Assembly (NCBI GenBank): GCA_976551045.1
Contig: CDPCPM010000029.1
Location: 40,114,001 to 40,178,000 of the forward strand
Direction: 5' to 3'
DNA length: 64,000 nucleotides
DNA from: Glaucostegus cemiculus
Lineage: Eukaryota
A program made the position numbers and the translations under genes. Every line of letters begins with the position of its first letter. The stretch's first letter is position 1. The notes beneath the pieces are model-generated. The model worked only from the letters and a program-made list of their open reading frames with translations. It searched no databases and was not told the DNA's origin. This document shows positions 23,041 through 36,200 of this stretch, in pieces.

Positions 23041-23836
23041 GAATCAGAATCAGAATCAGTTTTATTGTCACAACCATATACATACATAGTATGCATAGGA
23101 GCGAGATACCGTCCTCCTCAGATGCTTGTCCCATAAAATAACATAACAACCAAGAGACACACATACACACTTGGCAGAATAAACATTACAAAACATTAGA
23201 CATTAAAAGCTACGGAAGTTAAAATTAAATTATTATGCAAATTAAAAATGGCCGGTAAATAAATAGTTATTAAAGTGAACGGGCTGGTGTCGGGCATTTA
23301 AAGTGCTGGTGCATTTCTGTGCACCTAGCATCTTAGTGTTAACAAAGGAAGATGGAGGGATGAGAGAGTTTGCAGTTCTGATGGCTTGCGGAAAGAAGCT
23401 ATTGTTCAGCCTGGACGTTCTTGCCCTGATACATTTAAGCCTCCTCCCTGATGGCAAAATTGTAAAGAGGTGGTGGGAGGGGTGAGAAGCCATTATGCTT
23501 TTGGTCTTCCTCACACAACGGTCTTTGTATATGTCTGCGAGGGATGGAAGCGAGACACCTATGATCCACTCCACAGCCCTATCTTCTGGAGGGACTTCCG
23601 CCCAGCAGCTGAGCAGCTTCCAAACCAAACAGTGATACATTGAGTTAGGATGCTCTCAATGGTCCCCCTATAGAAGGTTTTCATGACGGAGGGATGGGGG
23701 TACGCTTTCCTCAGTCTCCGCAGGAAGTAGAGGCGTTTCTGAGCTTTCTTCGTGAGGGCCGTAATGTTAGTGGACCAGGTCAGGTCGTCGGTGATGTGCA
23801 CCCCCAGGAACTTGGTGCTGCGTACTTGTTCCACAG
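23041..23836 (-). mobile_element. Young Rex1/Babar fragment nested in an older + strand Rex fragment (about 22930-24105)
   Basis: KFLGVHITDDLTWS..KKAQKRLYFLRRLRK; near-identical to 10033-10701; flanked by a caagaa duplication. Confidence 0.9.
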
Positions 23837-25299
23837 CAAGAACAGCTACTTCCCTTCAACCATTCAGTTCTTGAACCAACTGGCACAAATCTAATCACTC
23901 GAGTGTAGCAACACCATGACCACTTTAAAAAAAAGATCATTTTAGTGTAATGTTCCAATTGTGTTTTCTTGTAAATATTGTGTTTAACTTGTCAATGCCA
24001 CTTATATGATGCTATGTGCCTGTGATGCTGCTGTTGCAAGTTTTTCCATTGCAACTCTGCATACATGTACTTGTGCATATGACAATAAACTCCTCGACTT
24101 TGACTAGAGCTCAACTGACCAGCATAGGGAAGAGACTTTCACTTGTAGCATTCTTTGGCAATTCTTTGAAATTGGTTTACTGTTTATATTACTTCTCTGG
24201 ACTGTGACTGGCTAGAGATACAGCTGACAGCGATGCAGATCAGTGGTTATGGCAGCAGCTGAGTGTAGCTACTGGAAGCAGTGGTTCAGTAGCATTTAGT
24301 GACATAAGAGACCACTGATTTGTTAGACGATAGTCAAGTTCTATATTACTTTTATTAAATATTCATGTTAAATAAAATACAAATTGTTTAGCTGCCATTC
24401 CTATTTGCAAGTTATTTTGCCATTTGGAAAGATAATCATCCTCTTATTGGGGCTGAAAGTTAGTTGCAAAGAAAGATTGACTAAACGGGGCTATTTTCTT
24501 TGCAACAAGGAAATAGAGGAAAGAGTTTTAATCATGGAATCCAAATGAGAGTTAGGAATTATGTATTTGCACTGTACTGATGCCACAAAACAGCAAATTC
24601 CACATCATACAAGTCAGTGAAAATAAATCTGATTGAGGCCAACACAATAACAAAGAGGTCAATAACTAAAGGCCATGTGTTTATGGTAGTTGGAAGATGA
24701 ACTCATGAGGAATTAAGGGTGGGGGGGGGGGGAAGAAATCAAATGAGTGGAGGAGGACTGGTATCCACCAAAGGAAAAAGATGGTGGCTGAATGAACACT
24801 AGGTACCATAAGAATTTATAGCTGGGAAGTCAGAACAGCTCACTTTCAGCAGGATTGGACAACGAGACAAATGTCATCCCTCTGTGCCATTATTTCTTTG
24901 ATTCTATAAAGGATATAGAAACAAGTCAGAGTTAATATAGAGGTTAGATTTTATCCAATTGAATTGTGGAACACAGGCTGAAAAAGACTGAACAGCCAAC
25001 CTATGTTCTTAAATCACTAAATTAGCACCTTCACAATCCTCCCCACCCGCAACAAAAATAGAAGATTACTCTTTTGACAAATAAGGACCATAACTATTTT
25101 GTTAATCTCCACATTTTACATTTTAAAACATTTTCATTTTTCCTTTGGTGGGTGGTAATCAACAGGGCAATAGCAAATGAACACTCTGCAACCAGCTGTC
25201 TAGTATCTTCAGAGACAGACTGCAATATTTGCAGGAGATGGCTAACCTCCACCTCTCAAAGCATCTACTGACAGGACAATAAACATGATTTTTGCCAGT

Positions 25300-27007
25300 G
25301 ATAGTCACATCAAGAAAGAATAAAAAGAACAGTTTAGAATACAATTAAAACAAATTTAATGAAGATCCATTTTATATATCGTTTCCTTGGGCATCATCAG
25401 GGAAAAATGTTTAGTGTTTCATGCAGTACACCTCTTATTCACTTTGCCCATTACAGATACATGCCAAATTATAGAGTCCTATTGTAATAATATATCTGGT
25501 TGAAAAGAAAGAGGCAGAGGGAAATTATTACTTAGAACATAAAATGAAGCAATCAATAGGTCCAATTGGGAACAAAAATGAACATTAAAAATCAGGAATA
25601 TAGCCATACAGTTTTAAATATATTTCAGTGAAAACTTTCAGGGCATTAAATACCAACATATTATTTAATTTTAAAATTATTTCTAAAAGTCAGGATAATA
25701 ATCAATCATTTTTAGCAGTTAGTTATACAATTCCAACAGCAAGTTAAAATCTCCATAATTTGCGTTTTTCTGCTTCACATAGCTATTGGTTTCTGAAGAT
25801 AAACTTTTACCAAAGGATTAAAACTAGATTGAGAAAGTAACTAATTCCTTTTTCTTCCTCAAATGATCACCGATTTGCAATGAAACCTATGAACATCATA
25901 TATTCTTGTAATTTAGTTTCAATTAAACAAAGTGAATTTTGTAACTATGTTTATATAATAAGAGTAAATAAATGCTAAACAACTGGTAAACAGTAAATGA
26001 CTGGTCCAACAAATTCATCCTGAATTATATATTCAACTGCGTTCAAAATAAGGTCAATAAAAAATCCTATGAAACAATTCATATATAAACAATCAAAATG
26101 TACAAATCAATTTATTCTTTGCAGATTTAAATCAGAGGAGTATTCAATTTGGTGTCAAAAACCTGTTATGTACACATAAGTATTTCTAAAATTAAAACAC
26201 CTGAATACAACAGTGCCTTATTTATTTCAAACTACAGTTAAACCAGGAAAATTTGCCATCTAAGAAATATTTCAAATCAATATATTCACAATCATTTGGA
26301 AATTTATACTGACTTTGACTGATTGTATAAATAAATGTGCAAAAATGCTGTTCATGACTTCCCATATTCATAGTTATTAAATATCTCAATTTTGACAATG
26401 CAATTTCAAAGTAAATCCTTCCAGAAATGAAATATAGCAAAATATTTAATGATTATCTGAACCAGTATCATTGGCACTTTATGCCTGTAACCAATCCAAA
26501 CTGAAACATTAACCTGCCATCCTACAATAGTTGTTCAATGCCCAAATTATTACAACTTTTAAAATTAAAATTAGCACTTGGTTTTAACAATTATCATGGC
26601 TGATTGAAAGGCCAAATGTTAAATACAGAGCGAAAATAATAAATCTGAGGATTTTCTATAGTTCTTAATATCTTAACATGTCTGTTTCTCTGCATTACAA
26701 TTTAGCTGCTCTGCTTTACTACATACACCAATGCTTCAGTATAAAGGGTCAATAATGTGTTTGTACTTTATTTTTAAGGGTATTATTTGATATAATTGTA
26801 AGTCAGGCAATCAAGCCCTCTCAACGAATTTTTACTCCAAAATATCCTCAGAATTATGCACCCAAAAGAAATCCACTTTTTAAAATACATATTAATTTAA
26901 TAATAGTATATGGAACATAACCACAATTGCAGTTTGGGGTGCAATGGTATATCACTGAACAAAGCAAAAGAATAAAATAAGAAATGTCCTCAAAATAACC
27001 ATCATCA
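25300..27007 (-). other. Probable GBA2 3' UTR region
   Basis: AT-rich stretch with no recognised transposon after the stop; minus-strand AATAAA near 26767, 26221 and 26111; true end unknown. Confidence 0.5.
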
Positions 27008-27217
27008 TCAGAAGCTAACCAAAGAGTCAGTTGATCGATTATGCATTTTGTCTAGTGCTAATTGCATACTCCAAATGCTTAAGGGTCTCATGTATGCCAG
27101 CGAACGATAAATATTCTTTTTGCAGTAGGCTTCCGGGGTTTGAAAAGCCATGCCAAGCCGTTCCCAAACTGTCCTATAGGCACCTTCTGCAGTCTTGAAA
27201 CCTTCATCAACAAGTCC
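27008..27217 (-). CDS. GBA2: GBA2 last coding exon ([12 protein letters not shown]...FQTPEAY...YMRPLSIW...VSF*)
   Basis: 210 nt ending in TGA. Confidence 0.97.
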   Translation of the reverse strand, partial: GLVDEGFKTAEGAYRTVWERLGMAFQTPEAYCKKNIYRSLAYMRPLSIWSMQLALDKMHNRSTDSLVSF

Positions 27218-30200
27218 CTACAATTCCCAGAAAAAGATTAATTTCAAAAGATTATTATAATGCATTAACCAGTACCAAAGGGAAAAATGTGGATATTGCT
27301 TCCTTAAACTTCCAAATATACTGCAGGAATTTCAATTTCAATGATAGAAGCATTGATTAAGGATTAACATTAAATGCAAACTTGTGCTCTGTTAAAAGTC
27401 ATGATAAATCTGCAGGCTATTTATGAAACCAACATTAGTTTTGTAGAAAACTCTTAATCCATGTCATTTCTCTTCTCATATTCAACTCTAACTTCAAAGA
27501 CATGATTGATGCCTAATAAAGTGGCATTTCTGCACTGTACATTGAGAGGAAGCGCCATCTGATCTTGTCCCGAAGGCCACAAGTGTACATCACAACTAGA
27601 TTTAATAGAGCAAAGCAAGGCCTGTTGCATGGATTATTCAGGGCAATGACCCCAAATGCATGCAAAAGTGGCAGAACTACTGTAATTTAGTAATTCAAAA
27701 CTATTGCCACTTGTCCTGCACCATGAGATTCTTCCTGAAAATTAACATATACATAATTAACATATTAGTTACTTTACAAGTAACTAACCTTTAAGCTGCT
27801 TATGGATCTAATTGTTGATACTATCCATTTTCACCTGTTTGTCCTTGTCATTCACCCCTTATTCTTAACATTCCTTCAAGTTTATCCCACTATAATTCCC
27901 ACCCTGAAGGCACAGATGACAAACATTATGCAAAATATAATGAATTTTTAAAAGGCAGGCAGGTAAATGGTTTTAGTGTTTTTCTAGCAGTAATTGGGCG
28001 TTTCTGGTTGGTTTGCATGCAAAGTAAATTTGCAGAACTAGAGTTTAAATCTGACATTTGTTTTACATGGAACAGTACAGCACAGTACAGGCCTTCAGCC
28101 CACGAAGTTGTGTTGACCTATATAAACTTTATCCCCGTTCAATCTATTACCCTCTCTACCTCACCTCCCATAACCCTCTATTTTCCTTTCCTCCATGTGC
28201 CCATATAATTCTCCTAACTGACCCTGTTGTATCAGCCCCTACAATACAACCAGGCACCCACCATTTCCTGTGTAAAAAAAAAACCCTACCTCTGACATCT
28301 CCCCTGAACTTTCCACCACACATCTTAAATGGGTGACCTCTAGTATTGGCCACTGCTACCTTGGGGAAAAGATGCTGGCTGTCCACTTTGTCTATGCCTT
28401 TCATAATCTTATATACCTTTTTCAAGTCTCCTCTCATCCTCTGTCACTCCAAAGAGAAAAACCTTAACTTGCTCAGCCTCTCCTCATAAGACATGCTCTC
28501 CAATCCAGGCAACATCCTTGTAAATCTCCTCTGCACCCTCTCCAAAGCTTCCACATCCTTCCTATAATGTGGTGAGCATAACTGAACACAATATTCCAAG
28601 TGTGGTCTAACCAGAATATTAGAGAGCTGCAACTGTACCTCTTAGCTCTTGAACTCAATCCCCTGGCTAATGAAGGCCAGTACACCATGCGCCTTCTTAA
28701 CTGCCCTATCCACTTGTGCAGTAACTTTGAGGGATGTATGGACTTGGGCCCCAAGATCTCTCTGTTCCTCCACACTGCTAAGAATCCTGCCATTAATCAC
28801 GTACTCTACCTTCAATTTCATTCTACCGAAATGCATCACATCACACATCTCCAGACTGAACTCCATCTGCCACTTCTCTGCCCAGCTCTGCATCCCGTTG
28901 CAACCTACGACAACCTTCTTCACTATCTTCTGCACCACCAACCTTCGTGTCATCTGCAAACTCACCAACCCATCCTTCCACTTCCTCATCCAAATCATTT
29001 ATAAAATAAAAATCACAAAAAGTAGGGGCCCGAGAACACATCCCTGCAGAACACCACTGGTCATTGACCCCCAGGTCGAATACTCCCTTCTATAACCACC
29101 CTCTGTCTTCTGTGGACAGGCCAGTTTTGAATCCATACAGCCATGGAATCCATGGATTCCATACCTCATGACTTTCTGAATGAGCCTACCATGGGGAACC
29201 TTGTCGTGTCTTGCTAAAATCCACATATACCACATCCACTGCACTACCTTCATAAATTGTCTCGTCACTTCCTCGAAACCATGTTAGACTCATGAGGCAT
29301 GACCTGCCCTTCACAAAGTCATGTTGATTTCCCTAATAAGACAATGCTTCTCCAGATGCCCATAAAGCCTGTCCTTAAGAATCCTCTCCAACAGTTTGGC
29401 CACCACTGATGTAAGATTCACTGGTCTATAATTCCCTGGATTATCCCTTTTACCTTTCTTGAACAATGGAACAATATTTGCCATCCTCCAACACCACTCC
29501 TGTGGCCAGAGAGGACTCAAAGATCATCATTAACACTCCAGCAATCTCTTCCCTCACTTCCCATAGTAAATTGGGGTATATCCTTTCTGATCCCAGGGAC
29601 TTAGCTATCCTAATGCTTCTTAGTAGCTCCAACACTGCTTCTTTCTTAACCTTGACGTGCTCTAACACATTTGCCTGTTCCACACTGACCTCACATTTGT
29701 CTCTCTCTCCCTGGTGAACACGGAAGCAAAATATTCATTCAGGACCTCCCCTACCTCCTTCACCTCCAGACACATTTTCTCCCCATATCCCTGAGAGTCC
29801 TACCTTCACCCTAGTCATCCTCTTGTTCCTCACATACGTGCAGAGCGCCTTGGGAGTTTTTCTTAACCCTACTTGCCAAGCCCTTCTCATATCCTCTTCT
29901 AGCTCTACTAAGTCCCCTTTTAGGCTCCTTCTTGGCTATCTTATAATGAAAGCCCCATCTGATTTTTTTCTTCCTAAACCTTAAATATGCTTCCTTCTTA
30001 TTCTTGACTAAACCTTCCACCACTCTTGTTAACCATGGTTTCTTCACCCTACCATCCTTTCCTTGTTTCAGCAGGACAAACCTATCTAGAACCCCAAGTA
30101 ACTGGTCCCTAAACAACAGGCACGATAGTGTTGCAGTTTGCGTAACATTTTACAATGCCAGTGGGCCCCGTTCAATTCCCGCCGCTGTCTGTAAGGAGTT

Positions 30201-33200
30201 TGTATGTTCTCCCAAGGTCTGCACGGGTTTCCTCTGGGTGCTCTGGTTTCCTCCCACATTCCAAAAGACATACAAGTTAGGAAGTTGTGGGCATGCTATA
30301 TTGGTGCCAGAAGCATGGCAACACTTGTAGGCTGCCCCCAGAACACTCTATGCAAAAAGATTTATTTCACTGTGTGTTTTGATGTACATGTGACTAATAA
30401 AGATATCTTATCTTATATTTCTGCGGGGCATTTACCAGAGAACATCTGTTCCCAGCTTACACTCCACGTTCTTGCCTAATACCATTGTAATTTGTCCTCC
30501 CCCCAAATTATTTTCCCATAATATCTGCTCCCATCTTTGTCCATGGTCAGGGAGTTGTCGTCACTATCCCCAAAATACTCACCCAACAAGAGATCTTTCA
30601 CCTGACCAGGTTTATTGCCTAATACCAGATTAAACATGACCTCTCTTCTAGTCGGCCTGTCTTCATGCTGTGTCAGAAATCCTTCCTATACACACCTAAT
30701 AAATTCTGCTCCATCTAACCCTTTTGCACTAAGGAGGTGCCAATCAATATTAGGGAAGTTGAAGTCACCCATGACATCAACCTTGTTATTTTTGCACCTT
30801 TCCAAAATCTACCTACTTATCTGCTCCTCAGTGTCCCAACGGCTATTTGGGGACCTACAGAATACTCCCAATAGAGTGATCACTCCCTTTCTGTTTCTGA
30901 CTTCTACCCACACTGACTCAAACAATCCTTCTGTGATGTCCTCCCTTCCTACAGCTGTGATATTTGTCCAACTATTGCTAGTATTTAATATGTAAATGAG
31001 GATTCTAGGATTACCTTTGCCATAGTCTCTGTAGCCAAGAAACCACACTTTAAGCAATGGTATAAATTTTAGATAAACAAGTGTATTCATCTCCCAAGTG
31101 GACTTGCAGTTAAAACACTTAATCTACCGCATAATATTCAAAATAATGTGACAAATATTCATGGATTTCTACATTGTAGCAACTTCCATTAAGTATAAAT
31201 TGGATGAAATGGAGATTGGTGCAACCAATAGTGGTCAACTAAACCTCATTTGAAAACAAAATATGCTTACTGGAGTAAACCGTTTTCAAACTACTAAGGG
31301 TGTTACTGCATTACAATATTGTAAATCTGGAAACACACATGCAAACATTATTTCCTCAATTATAAACAACCAGAATATTTTAATCAAAGCAACAACAGAA
31401 GATGTTGGAGAACTGTGAAGAGATGACCCTTCAGCAGAACTGATGAAGGGATGGAGGGTCATTGACCTGAAACATTACCTTTGTCTCTTTCCACAGATGC
31501 TGCCTGACCTGCTGGGCATCTATTTATTTTAGATTTCCAGCATCTGCTGTTTTTGGCTTTTCAATTATTTTAATCAAAAATTTATTCATCATAAACATTT
31601 TACATAAATAATGTGCATAATGTAGAGTTTGAAATTAAATTTTAACAACTCACCTCTTGTATCATTGTGGCTGCCAGACTATAGACCACTCCAGTCCAAA
31701 CCTCATCTGACTGGACACTGGATGTGTCTATTGTACCATCAGGTCTCATTCCATTTACTGCTCCCATTGATCCACTGGCAAAACTCATTACATTCAAATC
31801 AAAAATTGTCTTTAGTGCACACAGTATATGAGATTTTGGAAATACCTGTAAATATTAAATATTTATTTTAATGACACTAATATATAAAGCATACTTGTAA
31901 ACAAATATTCCTCTCCACAACAGACTCTGACCAATACAGCAGACAAGATAATTAATTTCCGGCACCAAAAAGCACAACCTGCACAGAAGTAAAATAGCTC
32001 AGGTGCATAACCTCCAGATACTCATTATTTTCATCTTAACCAGCCCAGATCTTTAACTAAAACTCAACCAACTAGGAATTTAGTGCTCAAATTTGTATTT
32101 CACTACTCCCTGGCAGATTTCAACAGCTAAACATTTAAAGGGTTACTTCAGGAGCATTTGAGCAGTGATTACAGACTAAAAGACATCTAATGGTCTAAAG
32201 AGTCAACACATCAATCCAATGATGGCATTCAGATGTACAGGCCATCTTAGTCTACATGCCTTTTTACTTTCTATTAAACTTCTGTTGAACTACTGAATTA
32301 CCATCTTGAAGTTTCTAAAGTGTTTCCAGTTATTTTTAATAACTTTCAAACTGAGTTACATTTTTTTTACTCTGTATTCAAAAGACAGAGTGCAGTGAAA
32401 CAATCCAGAATGTAACATGTTGCAGCAATGGAGAGCAAGAATGATAACTATGGTGTACATAAGACTAATCAAATTATGTTGTCTGAAACCATGTTCCAGA
32501 AGTAACTCAATCCTACATTTTTCTGTGACATTCAAGGTGATGAGAAGCAGTTTGTGTGGTTAAATACGAAATAACAGAGAATACTCAAATGGTCCAAAAC
32601 TACATTATGGCAAAGAAACTGAGTAGTTAGTTGTATCCTCTTAAAAAGGTATCTCTTAGAGCTTTGATTATACTATTCAATTTCAAAATTACTGAAAAGT
32701 TCAATATGATTACCTCATATTCACCATCTCCAAGGCCACAGGCACGTATAAACCACTGTCCAGCACACTGGTCTGACATCACACTGTTTGAGTAGCACTT
32801 TTTACTGCTGTCATAATTGTAGTATTTACCTAGATGATTTCAAAAGTTCATGTTCAGTTGGAGATCACACAAAGTATGCCATTTTAGATAACTCTGGACA
32901 GCATGTTGCTGGCTGTTCTGCACTGAAATGTTGGTATTTACTTCTACAAGTGTTAGCAAGTTAGGAAATCTAATGCATATGTGCAGGTTCTGAAGTTGCT
33001 GGCCAAGCTCTCCCTGTGATTTTCCTAACAGCGTTCCACCTCTCAACTCCACAAAATCATACAGTGGAGCACAAGATTTCTGGAAATCCCCAGCATTCAT
33101 GCCGTTCTCAGGTCCTGCACCAGGTTACGCTATTTGTTTCAAAAGCGATTTTAATCCTGCAAGATGAGTAAATTTTTTGTTCCAATCACTTATGCTTGGG

Positions 33201-36200
33201 GTAAAGTAATAATATTTCTAGTTATACATTCGTGTTTTTAGGTGGCTTAACAGTAACTTTTAAGAATGGTTTATCAATTTTAATAATTTGAATGTCTAGA
33301 ATATTCCAAAGCAGAAAAACAAAATAGATGTGGCAAATGACAATGAGGGGGGAAGAGTTCTGGAGTACGTCGAAGATTTTTTCCCAGCAGATTTATGGGC
33401 AGGGTGTGTTCTGGCCTCATCACATAGCCTGGACACTATGCTGGGCCTTGCTTATCAGGTTGAGGAGACTTTTGCCCAATAAGAGATTCTTCAGGGTTAT
33501 GCCCAAGTTAAGGCTAGGTAGAGGCTATAGGCCACACTCGGCAAAATCCACGCTTGTTTGATACCCACAGCATTAGTTTGGGAATCTCAGCTACAATTAC
33601 TACATTATGTGTATAACAAGTTTCAAATTGAAATATTTCTACTTCATAATTATGGAGAAGATGAAATATCTTAAAGGAGCCAAAAAATCTGGAAAAATAT
33701 TTTCAAAAACTAAAGAAACTGTGAGTGTTCCCATTTATCCCTGGGCAAAGAGAGCAACCATGTTGTCCAATCATTTTTTATGGCTTTTATTAATTCATTC
33801 TTCAAGTAATAAGACTGGTATAAACTGTCTGATCAAACAAATTAAAATTATATTGCTTCAGGCCAAATTACTTTGCACACCAAAAACAGAATATTTGCTT
33901 ATAGGAGCATATAAAGATCCCAACAGTTAAAGGAAAAGAGAACGCCTAAGACAACTTATTCAATTAAAATTTTCAATACGTGAGCCTGGACTATCAAGTG
34001 CTAAACAAGGAGAACGTGGCCGAGCTACACTTTCTTCAGAGTGGCGAATGCACAACCTCTGCATCAAAGAATGAATCAAGGAAATACCCTCACAGAGCAT
34101 GTACCCTACAGAATTAAAGAATATTTTTGTTATTAGCCTATTATTCTGTAATTTATTGACAAGAAATTCCCATCCTCTAAATGCAGTCATCTTTCAACTA
34201 TTCAATCTAATACTCTGGCCTAGAATCAAAATGGTGCTCAGCTTTAATGCCCATACCATTTTTTTTAAAAAGAAACCTTTGATTGGTATTGGTTTATTAT
34301 TGTCACTTGTACCAATGTACAGTGAAAAGCTTGTCTTACAAACCGATCGTACAGGTCAATTCATTACACAGTGCAGTTACATAGTTAGTACAGAGTGCAT
34401 TGAAATAGTACAGTGAAAACAGTAACAGTACAGAATAAAGTGTCACAGCTACAGAGAAAGTGCAGTGCAATAAGGTGCAAGGTCACACAAGGCAGAATGT
34501 GAGGTCACAGACCATCTCATTGTATAAGGGAACCATTCAATAGTCTTATCACAGTGGGGAAGAAGCTGTCCTTAAGTCTGGTGGTGCGTGCCCTCAGGCA
34601 CCTGTATCTTCTACCCAATGGAAGAGGAGAGAAGAGAGAATGTCCCGGATGAGTGGGGTCTTTGATTATGCTGGCTGCTACACCAAGACAACGAGAGGCA
34701 AAGACAGAGTCCAAGGAGGGGAGGCTGGTGTCCGTGATACGCTGGGCTGTGTCCACAAATCTCTGCAGCTTCCTACGGTCCTGGACAGAGCAGTTGCCAT
34801 ACCAAGCCGTGATACAACCAGATAGAATGCTTTCTATGGTGCATCGGTAAAAGCTGGTGAGAGTCGAAGGGGACATACCAAATTTCTTTAGCCTCGAGGA
34901 AGTAGAGGCGCTGTTGAGCTTTCTTGGCTGTGCCATCTATGTGGTTAAACCAGGACAGGCTGTTGGTGATGTTCACACCCAGGAACTTGAAGCTCTCTAC
35001 CCTCTCGACCTCAGCACCATTGATTTAGACAGGTGCATGTACACCGCCCCCTTTCCTGAAGTCAACGATCAAATCCTTCATTTTGTTGACATTGAGGGAA
35101 AGGTTGTTGTCATGACACCATTCCACTAAGTTCTCTATCTCCTTCCTGCACTCTGACTCGTCCTGTTGGAGATATGACCCACAACGGTGGTATCATCTGC
35201 AAACTTGTAGATGGAGTTGGAGCAGAATCTAGCCACACAGTCGTGAGTGTATAGGAAGTAGAGTAGAGGGCTGAGGTGCAGCCTTGTGGGGCACCAGTGT
35301 TAAGAATAATCGTGCCAGAGGTATTGCTGCCTATCCTCACTGATTGTGGTCTGTTTGTTAGAAAGTCAAGAATCCAGTTGTAGAGGGAAGAGCTGAGTCC
35401 GAGGTCTTGGAGTTTGGTGACAAGCTTGCTTGGAATTAACGTATTGAAGGCAGAGCTGTAGTCAATAAACAATAGTCTAACATTCGTGTCTTTCTTGTCC
35501 AGGTGCTCCAGAGCTGAGTGTAGGGCCAGGGAGATGGCATCTGCTGTAGACCTGTTTTGCTGGTAGGCAAACAACAATGGGTCCAGGTTGTCTGGTAGGC
35601 TGGAGTTGATGCGTGCCATGACCAACCTCTCAAAACACTTCATGATGGTGGATGTCAGAGCCACTGGCTGGTAGTCACTGAAGCATGTTACCTTACTTTT
35701 CTTTGGTACCAGGATGATAGTGGTCATTTTTAAGTGCAAAGACAAAATCCGATAGCCCAATTCAGGAATAAAGCTTACCATTCCATAGTATCCTCTCAAA
35801 TGCTTCCTTTCCTCTTTTTAGTATGTCTTGGTATTTTTTGTATTCATCATCTTTTTTCAGGATCTCTGCCATCTTGCACATAGCACAGACAGATGCCAGC
35901 CAGAGCCCTCCACAGTAGGCACTATAATGTGTATAACAAGAGTAGGGACAAGTTTGCTTTCAGAACCAGCCAAATAAAATTTATTTTATGGACATCATAT
36001 CAATATAACTAGAATATCAAAAGTAAAATACTGCTGGAAATACAAAGCAGTTCCGGTAGCACATGTGAAGAAAGAACGGTTAAGATTTGAGGCTGATGAC
36101 TAGTTTGGACTAAATATTACTGATTTTAAATGTTAACCATTTTTCTTCACACAGATGCTGCCTGGCCTACTGAGTTATTTCCAGCACTGTTTTTATTTAA

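Noticed and set aside
35110-35799. ORF starting inside a GBA2 exon and running into a Rex RT (possible GBA2-RT fusion)
   Set aside because: It is in a different frame from GBA2. In the GBA2 frame, intron read-through hits TGA five codons into the intron, and the RT is frameshifted.
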